Of a stretch of 64,000 nt of DNA, positions 31,037 through 40,481 are shown piece after piece. Origin of the DNA: a virus (lineage: Duplodnaviria; Caudoviricetes); the IMG/VR virus record IMGVR_UViG_3300037067_018091, positions 23,700-87,699 of that record; one strand, given 5' to 3'. A program made the translations under genes and the position numbers. The notes under the pieces were generated by a model. It was not told where the DNA came from. It searched no databases and saw only the letters and a list, made by a program, of their open reading frames with translations. The number at the start of each line of letters is the position of its first letter. Position 1 is the stretch's first letter.

Positions 31037-32032
31037 ATGTCGAACGTAGTTAATGGTTTCGGGTCTCAATTTTTTGAAGACCAGCATGTTTTACCAAAAG
31101 ATTTGAATATGATTGAGTATTCTAAAACTCAATTACTTCGTAATTATATTCGAACAAAAACCAGACAACCAGGTGTATTAATTGATGCTCTTTCAGATCC
31201 TGATTTACAAGTTACTACTATAGATGGTACTACATTTAATGTAGGTTCGGGCGCTGCGATAGATTCTGAAGGAAGATTAATAATTATACCAAATAGTACT
31301 ATTGCAAGTGGGAGTACTGGAACTGATCCAAAATATCATCCTGTATGGCCGAATAGAGAAAATTTAGTATCTGGAATTTCTGTTGCTGGAATTTATTATA
31401 TTAATTTAAAATATGCACAACAATCTGGAGATATTAGATACGATGACTCTGGCGTTTCGCATGAAACACGTATTTATGATAGTTTTTCAATAGTTGTTGA
31501 ATCTACTCGAAAGGGCGTTACTCTTGCAAAAGTACAACTTAATGCAAGTGGAAGTATCGTTACAGATGATAGTGAACTTGGCTATTATAATCCAACTACT
31601 GGAATTTATTATGCTTTATTTGATGACAGACCTTTATATAAAGTAACTGATGGTACAGTTGCAAGTTTAGAAGTTCAAGTAGGAGAGAATACTGAAGATT
31701 TACAAGAAGAACTTCGTAAGAGCGCAGGATTTTTATTTCCAGTTGCTGCGCAGACTCTTACAGATAAATGGGGCCGAAATGTAAATCTTTTACGAATGGA
31801 AGTGTATGCAGAAGGTACAAGTGGTAATGTATCGTTCCAGCTCTATTCAGGATCTTCCCCGAATGGCTTAAAAGGTCCATTGACTGTAGTATCAACGACC
31901 GCGGGTGCATGGACTGTATCAAGTACTCTTAATTTGGTCGGGTATAAAGGGGATACTCTTCAACTTTATGTTTCATCCGCGGATTCTACAATCACTGCTG
32001 CGACGTGTAGTTTAGTATATACGAGACATTAA
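31037..32032 (+). CDS. Baseplate/fibre-attachment protein
   Basis: FFEDQHVLPKDLNMIE..FNVGSGAAIDSEGRLI is a common fibre-base pattern. Confidence 0.5.
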   Translation: MSNVVNGFGSQFFEDQHVLPKDLNMIEYSKTQLLRNYIRTKTRQPGVLIDALSDPDLQVTTIDGTTFNVGSGAAIDSEGRLIIIPNSTIASGSTGTDPKYHPVWPNRENLVSGISVAGIYYINLKYAQQSGDIRYDDSGVSHETRIYDSFSIVVESTRKGVTLAKVQLNASGSIVTDDSELGYYNPTTGIYYALFDDRPLYKVTDGTVASLEVQVGENTEDLQEELRKSAGFLFPVAAQTLTDKWGRNVNLLRMEVYAEGTSGNVSFQLYSGSSPNGLKGPLTVVSTTAGAWTVSSTLNLVGYKGDTLQLYVSSADSTITAATCSLVYTRH

Positions 32033-32045
32033 TGAGGTAAAAGTT

Positions 32046-34286
32046 ATGCCGTGGTTAAATATTCGTCAAAATCTTCCTGGAACTGCTAAATGGTATTTTT
32101 CATATAAAAGTGAACTTTATGTAATAGTAGAACCGACTGCTGGTGGAACCTGGCAAATTTATAAATTAGATGCGGCGCGCGCCGGATCTTCATGGGCAAT
32201 AGATACATTATACTTAACTGTCGCACCTAATGATAATTATATAATAACTGGTGCAATTGAAAATCCATCTAATGAATATATGTTTGTTACAAATGCCGCA
32301 TCTGGTGAGGTTTATATTAACCCCACTGGAGATTTTTCAAGTATTTCTAACTGGATAAGTACGCCAGGTCCTTTCGCAGGATATGTAGACGCTGAGGCGC
32401 AACTTGGAGAACTCGTTTATTATAATAGAAAAGTGTATTTAGCACACAGGGGCGGAGTTTCTACTTTCAATTCCGAACAAAATATAAATCAATGGGAACA
32501 AGTTGCAGATTTTACTACAGGTTTTGAAGGAATCGGCCAATGTACTGGTATGCACGTTTTAAATGGTGTTTTATATGTAATTGTTTCGTTCGATACTCTT
32601 TATGCAATTTATCAATATGATGCGGCGCAACCTACATTGAATTGGATTAAATTTGCAGAATATCCTCGAGATTTAGTAAGTACAACGCATGCGGCAAAAT
32701 CTCGTTATATTACGTCTCGCAACAATGTTATTTTTACTTCGGATTATGGATTAAATTTAAATATATTTAATAGTAGAGGGTTGGATACAACTTTAACTGG
32801 ACAACCACGATTCACTCAGGGAGTTCATTTAAACGGTGTTCCATCCAGTATGATTACTTATACTGAAAATGGATTTGATTATATTTTTACAACGTGTTGG
32901 GATACAGATTTTTCGGGACAAGTTTCAAGTGCATATAGTGAAAATTTAATAACAACTTTTAATGTTGTCGATAATTCCGCACAAGAACCAGGAGAAACAT
33001 GGTTTACGGGATTTTCTACATTTGTTGATACCAATAATACAACTGCTTTAACATTAACTGATGGTGCATTAGGATTCAAAAATATTCCACCGGTAATAGA
33101 TCCTACAAAATTATCTTCTTTTCGTATTGATTTTCATATTAAAACAAATATACTTTCCTTACTTCCAGGTGAAACTTATACAATTACTTGGGAGCAGGCG
33201 GTACAAGCATCCGCGACTAAGACAGCAGGACAAGGAAAAATTAATGGTAGCGGGGCAACACAAATAGGATTTAGTAATCTTGCAGGTAATGGAATTGATG
33301 TCAATTCACCTAATAAGAGTCTTCCCATAACTGGCACATTATTTGGTATGATGGGATCGCAATACGAAAAGGTTTCATTTACTTTTAATATGAATGATAT
33401 AGATTTTGATACAACTGATGGAAGTATTTATATCCAGGGTGCTGCAGCTGTAAAAATAACTGTGCCAAATTTATTATCCGGAGAGTATAAAGTTTTTACG
33501 GCAAACGCGGCATATCGAAATATAAAATTATATCGTGGTACGACTGAAGATGCAAATACCATCTATTTAAATACAGAATATATTATTAAAGAATATGCAG
33601 ATATTCCACCAGTTGAAAATGATAATCATGCGATTGAACCTCCTTCACCACCTGATCAATGGTTTATAAAATTCTCGCAAAATTCTTCCTTGTCATCAAT
33701 TACTCAACGATTGGGACGTCGATTAATTACAAATAAATTAACTTTACAACCAAATGAAAATTATAAATTACATTTCATGGTAAAAAAAGGTACAAATGGA
33801 ATTCCTACAAAAACATATAGGGTACGTACAATTTCTCCTGTTAGCGGGATTCCTGAACTTTCGGCAACGTGTTCCGGTACAGAACAGCGGCCATTTGAAT
33901 GGGTTTTTGATACGACTGGAATTGCTGTAGATAATTTAAAAAATATTCAATTTGAAATTGAGGTATGGGAAGAAGATATTTTGCCGGGGTTCGGTGCAAC
34001 GTTTTATATTAGTGATATAAATATTCAACAACAAATTGCGCAAATTGCAGAAAATACAATTTATCGATATGATGGGCAAGCATGGGACGACGCGCAAACA
34101 AAATTGAGCAATGATGGTAATATTATTGTACAACCGTTTGGATTACATAAAGAATTCGAAACAAATAGTGATTCAACGCGGTTGTATTGCATTGCAAATG
34201 ACGATCCTTATGTTTGGAGTACTGGCCCCAGTGATCCTTTTGGTGGGCAGGTAGTTCCTCGAATAATTATGACGTGGGAAGATTAA
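32046..34286 (+). CDS. Large putative receptor-binding protein (propeller-like plus carbohydrate-binding-like domains)
   Basis: 746 aa, aromatic/Thr/Asn-rich beta composition at the end of the tail module. Confidence 0.45.
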   Translation: MPWLNIRQNLPGTAKWYFSYKSELYVIVEPTAGGTWQIYKLDAARAGSSWAIDTLYLTVAPNDNYIITGAIENPSNEYMFVTNAASGEVYINPTGDFSSISNWISTPGPFAGYVDAEAQLGELVYYNRKVYLAHRGGVSTFNSEQNINQWEQVADFTTGFEGIGQCTGMHVLNGVLYVIVSFDTLYAIYQYDAAQPTLNWIKFAEYPRDLVSTTHAAKSRYITSRNNVIFTSDYGLNLNIFNSRGLDTTLTGQPRFTQGVHLNGVPSSMITYTENGFDYIFTTCWDTDFSGQVSSAYSENLITTFNVVDNSAQEPGETWFTGFSTFVDTNNTTALTLTDGALGFKNIPPVIDPTKLSSFRIDFHIKTNILSLLPGETYTITWEQAVQASATKTAGQGKINGSGATQIGFSNLAGNGIDVNSPNKSLPITGTLFGMMGSQYEKVSFTFNMNDIDFDTTDGSIYIQGAAAVKITVPNLLSGEYKVFTANAAYRNIKLYRGTTEDANTIYLNTEYIIKEYADIPPVENDNHAIEPPSPPDQWFIKFSQNSSLSSITQRLGRRLITNKLTLQPNENYKLHFMVKKGTNGIPTKTYRVRTISPVSGIPELSATCSGTEQRPFEWVFDTTGIAVDNLKNIQFEIEVWEEDILPGFGATFYISDINIQQQIAQIAENTIYRYDGQAWDDAQTKLSNDGNIIVQPFGLHKEFETNSDSTRLYCIANDDPYVWSTGPSDPFGGQVVPRIIMTWED

Positions 34287-34301
34287 TAGAAGGAGAATAT
34301 A

Positions 34302-34874
34302 ATGGCCAGTTTCGATACTGCTTATAATATAACATTAGAATATGAAGGCGGATATTCAAATGATCCTGATGATGTTGGACAAGAAACCTACAAGGGAATA
34401 TCGCGCAAGTATTGCCCTAATTGGAAGGGTTGGAAAATTATAGACGGCCAAAAATCTAAAACAGACTTTCCAGATTGTTTAGATAGTTTAACTGATCTGC
34501 AAGTATTAGTTCATGATTATTTCAAAAAAACTTATTGGGATGTATTTCAAGGCGATAACATTTTAGATCAAGCAATTGCAAATGAAATGTACGATACCGC
34601 GGTAAATATGGGCGCGGTAAGAGCGGTTTCATATTTGCAAATAGGTTTGAACATTTTAAACCGTAATCAACAAAGTTATCCAGATATTAGTGAAGACGGA
34701 CAATTTGGCGCACAAACACTTTTAACTTTAAAGAAATATTTAGCGGCCGATTCAAATGAATGTCTTTTAAAAGTAATGATTATTCTACGTGGGATGCATT
34801 ATATCGACTATGTGAAGAAAAACCCGAAACAGGAAAAATTTATGCGTGGATGGTTGGGGCGCTTGGGTATTTAG
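34302..34874 (+). CDS. Endolysin, glycoside hydrolase family 108 with peptidoglycan-binding C-domain
   Basis: YEGGYSNDPDDVGQETYKGI; MYDTAVNMG; EDGQFGAQTL; KFMRGWLGR. Confidence 0.9.
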   Translation: MASFDTAYNITLEYEGGYSNDPDDVGQETYKGISRKYCPNWKGWKIIDGQKSKTDFPDCLDSLTDLQVLVHDYFKKTYWDVFQGDNILDQAIANEMYDTAVNMGAVRAVSYLQIGLNILNRNQQSYPDISEDGQFGAQTLLTLKKYLAADSNECLLKVMIILRGMHYIDYVKKNPKQEKFMRGWLGRLGI

Positions 34875-34990
34875 ATAGGTATATATAAATGAATTAAGAA
34901 CGTTAAAAATTTATTTTTAGTTGGACGCTTTAAATGAATTTATAGGTATTACAGAATATTATTGTAAGTATTGTTGAAACTATTTAAAGT
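34875..34990 (+). promoter_or_regulatory. Module-boundary intergenic region with direct repeat, probable promoter of the glycosylation island
   Basis: Longest intergenic gap noted in the window; TAAATGAATT at 34886 and 34931. Confidence 0.35.
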
Positions 34991-36259
34991 TTGGAGAAGC
35001 TTGTGAAGATATTATGGATTTCTGATAATCCGTCTAGTAACAGCGGTTACGGTAAAATCACTGCACAAACAGTTCGGCATTTAAAATCTCAAGGACATGA
35101 AATACTATTAATGGCGGGCGGCGCTCCGTTTTATAACATACCTTTTCAAGAACAGGCTTGGGAAGGTTGCCGTCTATGGTTGGTTGCAGATTATGGTAAT
35201 GCTGAACAAATAAGATATTTTTTGAATGTTGAAAAACCAGATGTCGTAGTTGCAAATGCTGATCCGCGATTTTTTGATTATCTTTTCAAATTAGATAATG
35301 AAATCCGCCGCGTTTGTCCCCTTGTTTTCTATCATCTCTGGGATGATGGACCTTTCCCAAAATTTAATGTTCCTTACTATAATAGTTGCGATCATATTAT
35401 AGCGGGATCAAAATTTACATACGAATTACTTCGTGCGAACAGTACTCCCGATACCATGCTTTCCTATGCCCCGATTGGATTTGATTCAAGTACATATCAT
35501 CCAATTTCAAAAGATGAAGTTATTGAATTTAGACAACAATTTAATCAACTTACAAATTTTGAACATGTCGATGCAAAATTTATCGCCGGTGTCGTTGCCC
35601 GCCACTCAGAGCGGAAAAATTTGTTAAGTATTATGGAGTCTTTTACAAAGTGGGCCGAAGGAAAGAAGGATGTCTTGCTTTTTGTTCATTCGCCTGGACA
35701 AGATGCGGGTCGTAGTCTTGAATACGCGATGAATAATATGTTCGCGGATAAAAAGATTATTTTAAGTAATGCTGCCCCACAGATGCAAAAGGACGATTTA
35801 GTTAATCGATTTTATAATTTTTTTGATGTAATTTTAAATCGTTCTACTGCAGAAGGTTTTGGAATGCCTATCGCAGAAGCGATGCTGGCGGGAACCCCAG
35901 CAATTACAATAGATTGTCCGGGACCTGCAGGATTGGTGGACGATTCTAATGGTTGGTTGCTTAAAACAGATGTAAAACCTTTGTTAAGTAATCAAGTTGT
36001 GCCGTTCATTTATAGTAGATATATAACGGACGAGAAATTTATTGCGGCATTAGATGAAGCATATAATAATCCAGTACTCCGTGAACAAAAGGCTGCAAAA
36101 TGTCGTCAGTTTATCATGGATAATTATTCTCTTAATGGGATGGTTAAGGGGATTGAAACGGCTTTACAAAAAGCAATTGCGAATTGGCGTAGATATCCTG
36201 AATTTACCGTTCATTCATTTCCTGCAGTTGAATTGAAGAAAGCAGAAACAACTGAATAA
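34991..36259 (+). CDS. Glycosyltransferase family 4 (GT-B)
   Basis: ILWISD..SGYG; STAEGFGMPIAEAMLAGTP; true start may be GTG at 35003. Confidence 0.9.
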   Translation: MEKLVKILWISDNPSSNSGYGKITAQTVRHLKSQGHEILLMAGGAPFYNIPFQEQAWEGCRLWLVADYGNAEQIRYFLNVEKPDVVVANADPRFFDYLFKLDNEIRRVCPLVFYHLWDDGPFPKFNVPYYNSCDHIIAGSKFTYELLRANSTPDTMLSYAPIGFDSSTYHPISKDEVIEFRQQFNQLTNFEHVDAKFIAGVVARHSERKNLLSIMESFTKWAEGKKDVLLFVHSPGQDAGRSLEYAMNNMFADKKIILSNAAPQMQKDDLVNRFYNFFDVILNRSTAEGFGMPIAEAMLAGTPAITIDCPGPAGLVDDSNGWLLKTDVKPLLSNQVVPFIYSRYITDEKFIAALDEAYNNPVLREQKAAKCRQFIMDNYSLNGMVKGIETALQKAIANWRRYPEFTVHSFPAVELKKAETTE

Positions 36260-36717
36260 TGGGTGCTTGGGGAACACGGTCATCCGAAAACGACGCTGTA
36301 CATGATCTGTTAAGCATGGCCGGCCGTAAGAATGCTCACTATGGGTTTGAGGATCCTGGAGAACTTACAAATGAACAGCTTGAGCAGTTTATTATGAATA
36401 GATTTGTAGTACCTTTACAACTTTCTAATGATGAAAAACATGTTCAAGCTGCGTTAGGCACTTTACGGAAACTTAATGAATTAATACATCCTATGCATTT
36501 TCTTGGATTAATAATTTGGGGATTTGATCGTGGCTGGACATTTAATAGAGATATTTTAACTATTGCAGATGAATCAAGTATGAAATTGATTTACGATCAA
36601 AATGAATGGTTTAGATATATTCATATGTGGGCGCATCCAAAAATTCGTCATTATCGACTTTTAAAAGAAATGTGCAAAATTAAACAAGCAATAAAGGAAA
36701 AGAATGATGGCAGATAA
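36259..36717 (+). CDS. Hypothetical protein with internal ExxVQxALG motif
   Basis: MGAWG..ENDAVHD N-terminus; DEKHVQAALGT. Confidence 0.6.
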   Translation: MGAWGTRSSENDAVHDLLSMAGRKNAHYGFEDPGELTNEQLEQFIMNRFVVPLQLSNDEKHVQAALGTLRKLNELIHPMHFLGLIIWGFDRGWTFNRDILTIADESSMKLIYDQNEWFRYIHMWAHPKIRHYRLLKEMCKIKQAIKEKNDGR

Positions 36718-37873
36718 AATTAAGGTTTTGTTCAAAGCCCCTTTTGCAGATTACAGCGGATATGCCACAATTGCTCGTAATTTGTTGATTCAACTCTATA
36801 AATTAGATAAATTTGATCTTTATCTTGAGCCAATTGTATGGATCAATTCTGGGAATCTTGAACTTCCCGAAGAAGAGAAGAAAATTATCGATGAACTTCT
36901 TGCAAAGTCTGTTCAAATTGATCCAACAGATAAAACTCTTATTCATTTTTCAATTGCAACTGAATTTTTTGGTGAAAAAAGTCCTTTTCGCAAAACAATT
37001 GGATTTACAATGATTGAGACTGATAAAACTGCGAACGGATGGGCGTGGAAATGTAATCAAATGGACGCAGTTTTTGTTCCATCCACGTTTTGCCTTGGCT
37101 CTTTTATGCAATCTAATGTCTCAGTGCCGATAAGAGTTGTACCGTTTGGGATTGATTTTGAAAAATATACGCCTGAGGGCGAAAAACTTCTTGATCTTCC
37201 TACAAAATTTAACTTTCTTACGGTTGGCCAATGGCTTCCACAAGGAGATCGTAAAAATATTATAGGCGTATTGCAAACTTTCTTGCATAATTTTAGAAAT
37301 AATCCAGATGTGGGATTAATTTTAAAGACTTATCACGTCGGCGCAGGAACTGTCGATAAATTGCAAATTGAAAATTCTATTCAACAAATTAGACAGCAAG
37401 TAGGTATTAAAAATAATGAAGGGCCCCAGATTTATTTAGTGCATGGTGCAATGAGTGAAGAAAATATGATCAAATTGTATCGTAATGCAGATGTATTTTT
37501 ACTCCCGACATGCGGTGAAGCTTGGGGAATGCCGTTAATGGAAGCTGCTGCGATGGGTCTCCCAATTATTACAACTCGAGGTACCGGTGCTGAAGCGTTT
37601 TTGAATGAAGAGCATGTGGTAATGGTTGATGCAGAATGGAAACCTATTGGAAATAGAATTTATTGGCCTCATGTTTATGAACATTATCAGCAATTGTTGA
37701 TTCCAAATATGGAAGAATTTGCCAGAATGGTTCATAGAGTTTATAAATATCCTGAAATGTCTAGAGAACAAGCAAAAAAGCAGCGGCTTGAAATGATTGA
37801 ACGTGGTTTTACTTGGAAGGCAGCCGCGGAACAACTTGCTGAGGCAATTGAGGATCTTAATGATGCGGAATAA
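36704..37873 (+). CDS. Glycosyltransferase family 4 (GT-B)
   Basis: APFADYSGYA; DRKNI; PTCGEAWGMPLMEAAAMGLP. Confidence 0.9.
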   Translation: MMADKIKVLFKAPFADYSGYATIARNLLIQLYKLDKFDLYLEPIVWINSGNLELPEEEKKIIDELLAKSVQIDPTDKTLIHFSIATEFFGEKSPFRKTIGFTMIETDKTANGWAWKCNQMDAVFVPSTFCLGSFMQSNVSVPIRVVPFGIDFEKYTPEGEKLLDLPTKFNFLTVGQWLPQGDRKNIIGVLQTFLHNFRNNPDVGLILKTYHVGAGTVDKLQIENSIQQIRQQVGIKNNEGPQIYLVHGAMSEENMIKLYRNADVFLLPTCGEAWGMPLMEAAAMGLPIITTRGTGAEAFLNEEHVVMVDAEWKPIGNRIYWPHVYEHYQQLLIPNMEEFARMVHRVYKYPEMSREQAKKQRLEMIERGFTWKAAAEQLAEAIEDLNDAE

Positions 37874-38150
37874 AATTAAGGATACTCCTAATTTTTATAA
37901 AGATATAGAATTCGGTATTAGAGATGTTGTCAAATTACTTCGAGACAACGGTATTAATACTACATGTTCTTGCGGCCATGAAATGTATGTCGAATTTGAA
38001 TGTTGTTCTTCGACTATGGTAGAGAATATTTATAATGTTTTATTTAACGCAGGATATCGTGGTTTTAGAATTAATTATGCTCTACAATGTCCTCCTGATG
38101 GGTTTGTTATACGGCGAGGAACAATTCTATTAAATAAATGGATGGAGTAA
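37860..38150 (+). CDS. Hypothetical protein with TCSCGH motif
   Basis: IEFGIRDVVKLLRDNGINTTCSCGH; ATG at 37860 chosen over track start 37797. Confidence 0.5.
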   Translation: MMRNKIKDTPNFYKDIEFGIRDVVKLLRDNGINTTCSCGHEMYVEFECCSSTMVENIYNVLFNAGYRGFRINYALQCPPDGFVIRRGTILLNKWME

Positions 38151-38151
38151 A

Positions 38152-38661
38152 TTGCAGAATAAAACTGTTTATTTAATGGTTGGGAATATCGGTACTGGAA
38201 AATCGACAACTGTTGCAAAATTAACTAAAGGAAATTTAGATAAAATTGCGGTTCTTGATACAGATGGACTTGCAATGATGTATTCTGCAAATGATTATGG
38301 ACCGCATATTTGGACTGCCGAACGTAGAAATTTATATCGTACTTCTTTGTTAAAACTTGAAGATTTAGCATTACAAAAAGGGTTTGATGTTATCGTAGAT
38401 AGTACCGCAATGTCTCGAGAATGTCGAAAATCTTTTATAGATATTGCAAAAAATAACGGTGCGCGGATAGTAGTATATCTTCATCGTACTCCAGGAGGAT
38501 TAGAGAGACGGTGTCAGGAACCACGCGGCCAAACACGTGAACTTTGGACAATAGTATATGAAGGATTTGAAAATGAGTTTGAAGAACCTTCATTAGATGA
38601 AGGAATTGATGAAATAATTAATTGTACGCGGGTGTATCATAATCATGGGATTAAATCTTAA
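38152..38661 (+). CDS. P-loop kinase (polynucleotide-kinase/AAA_33-like)
   Basis: GNIGTGKST; VIVDSTAMSRECRK; EEPSLDEGIDE. Confidence 0.75.
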   Translation: MQNKTVYLMVGNIGTGKSTTVAKLTKGNLDKIAVLDTDGLAMMYSANDYGPHIWTAERRNLYRTSLLKLEDLALQKGFDVIVDSTAMSRECRKSFIDIAKNNGARIVVYLHRTPGGLERRCQEPRGQTRELWTIVYEGFENEFEEPSLDEGIDEIINCTRVYHNHGIKS

Positions 38662-39004
38662 AAAGAACTCCAAAAAAGATGGCGAATGGTACGGTTGCGA
38701 CCTCGATGGAACTTTGGCATACCACGATAAGTGGGGCGGAATTGAACATATTGGTAAGCCGATTCCTAAAATGCTTGAAAGAGTTAAAAAATGGATTTCT
38801 GAGGGAAAGACTGTAAAAATATTTACGGCTCGCGCTGCAGAAGGTCCTGAAGCAATCAAATATGTCGAAGATTGGCTTGAAGAAAATGGTATTGGTGGCC
38901 TTGAAGTTACGAATAAAAAAGATTTTAAACTTGTTGAACTTTGGGATGATCGAGTAGTTCAAGTTAAGAAAAATACTGGCGAACGAGTTGATGGAAAAGA
39001 GTAA
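38645..39004 (+). CDS. HAD-family phosphatase (PNK 3'-phosphatase-like)
   Basis: CDLDGTLA; IFTAR; LWDDR. Confidence 0.8.
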   Translation: MGLNLKKNSKKDGEWYGCDLDGTLAYHDKWGGIEHIGKPIPKMLERVKKWISEGKTVKIFTARAAEGPEAIKYVEDWLEENGIGGLEVTNKKDFKLVELWDDRVVQVKKNTGERVDGKE

Positions 39005-39006
39005 AT

Positions 39007-39177
39007 ATGGGTTTGATTTTACCTCCAGAAGCAAGTATATATTTTCATAAAATGACTGCAAAAGAGTTGGGTATTTCAGAAGATGAATATAAAATTCAAG
39101 ATGCATTAGGATTAATTTCTTCGGTTATAGGGGTTGATTGGGGTATAAGTGACAATGGGCATGATTTTACCACCTAA
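39007..39177 (+). CDS. Small ExxIQxALG-family protein (56 aa, below cutoff)
   Basis: Translated by hand: MGLILPPEASIYFHKMTAKELGISEDEYKIQDALGLISSVIGVDWGISDNGHDFTT. Confidence 0.65.
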   Translation: MGLILPPEASIYFHKMTAKELGISEDEYKIQDALGLISSVIGVDWGISDNGHDFTT

Positions 39178-39316
39178 GATTTATAAACGGCCGATGACTG
39201 CAGACGAAATGGGCATTTCGGAAGATGAATATAAAATTCAAGAAGCATTGGGAATAATTCCTAAAATTGAAATGGTTAAATATCTTGGTAAAAGTCGAAA
39301 GTTGGTTCGAAAATGA
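39161..39316 (+). CDS. Small ExxIQxALG-family protein (51 aa, below cutoff)
   Basis: Translated by hand: MILPPKIYKRPMTADEMGISEDEYKIQEALGIIPKIEMVKYLGKSRKLVRK; ATGA-coupled to 39313. Confidence 0.7.
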   Translation: MILPPKIYKRPMTADEMGISEDEYKIQEALGIIPKIEMVKYLGKSRKLVRK

Positions 39317-39684
39317 TTTGGATAATTATATCAATTATTTTGTTGTGTATAATTTTGCATCCGCTTCAAAAGACTTTATCGTTAAGTTGGGATAAAAAGA
39401 ATACTCTTTGGGGAAATTTTGAAACTTTTATCTCTATTGTAAAACATGAAGATAGAGACATTGATTTCACATTATCAATACATCCACAATACTTCAGTTT
39501 TCAGTTTTCTTTATGGTTCGTCGCGGCAGGAATTTTTTGGAGTATGCATGGAACCCATTTAGATTGTGAACGAGATCAGGGAGAAACCGCTGCTATTGAA
39601 TTATTGAAAAGAGTATTGCAAGAAGAAAAGAATTCTTTAGAATTAACTAAAGATATTACAATTTATCTACAAAGAAAAGAATAA
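39313..39684 (+). CDS. Hypothetical membrane-anchored protein
   Basis: Hydrophobic N-terminus MIWIIISIILLCIIL. Confidence 0.55.
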   Translation: MIWIIISIILLCIILHPLQKTLSLSWDKKNTLWGNFETFISIVKHEDRDIDFTLSIHPQYFSFQFSLWFVAAGIFWSMHGTHLDCERDQGETAAIELLKRVLQEEKNSLELTKDITIYLQRKE

Positions 39685-40481
39685 TGAAAATCTCTATTTT
39701 GATCCCTACTTTAGATAATCCCGATTACGTCGAATTAGTTACAAACGCATTTCGAAAAAATACGACTAATCCATTTGAAATTCTTGTATTTGCAAATAAT
39801 ATATCTAAACAGATGAAAGAGTTAGCAAATAAATTACAATTTGATTATTTTAATGGATCGGATAAAAATAAAGGTGTTGCAGAAGCAACTAATTTTTTGG
39901 CAAAATATGCAACAGGTGATATAATATTTTATGTCGGTGACGATGTTTATTGTGTTCCTAAGTGGGATGAGATTTTAATTACAAAAATGAATCCCGAAAT
40001 ACGTTATCAATATCTTACAGGAGTTATGTTTGGGCCAACGCATAAAAATCCAATGATGCATGCACCTATTTTTTATGGTAAAACTTCGAAACAATGGAAA
40101 GAGAATGAAGAAAAATTTTTAAAAGAATGGCGTGATAGACGAACAATTAAACAAGATATAATTAGTATTTTAGGCCCAGTATTTATCCGGAAAGAATTGT
40201 GGGATGAAATTGGGGGATTCGATGAAAAATTTTATCCTGGTTTTGGGACTGATCCAGATTTAATTGCGAAAATTTATTTTGCGGCAAAAAAGAAAAATGT
40301 TCCATATGAGTTTAGAGGAGTTTGTGATTGTGGAATGTATCATTTTGAATGTATAGGAACTACTAAAATACCTGAGGGGCATGGGATTCGCAGGGATGTA
40401 CACCACGTATTTCGTAAAAAATGGGGATTATTTCCATTAGAATTACAAGCAAAATTAGGATGCGGGAAACCAATTGATTAG
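39684..40481 (+). CDS. Glycosyltransferase family 2 (GT-A)
   Basis: MKISILIPT; YVGDD; GGFDEKFYPGFGTD. Confidence 0.85.
   Translation: MKISILIPTLDNPDYVELVTNAFRKNTTNPFEILVFANNISKQMKELANKLQFDYFNGSDKNKGVAEATNFLAKYATGDIIFYVGDDVYCVPKWDEILITKMNPEIRYQYLTGVMFGPTHKNPMMHAPIFYGKTSKQWKENEEKFLKEWRDRRTIKQDIISILGPVFIRKELWDEIGGFDEKFYPGFGTDPDLIAKIYFAAKKKNVPYEFRGVCDCGMYHFECIGTTKIPEGHGIRRDVHHVFRKKWGLFPLELQAKLGCGKPID

Noticed and set aside
2947-34980. TTGTTGAA and ACGTTA recurring in several intergenic gaps as a promoter consensus
   Set aside because: Short, AT-rich, inconsistent spacing to starts; cannot be separated from chance without a motif search
37860-38150. TYW3-like tRNA methyltransferase call from the TTCSCGH motif
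   Set aside because: Only one short motif in a 96-aa protein; not enough to assign function
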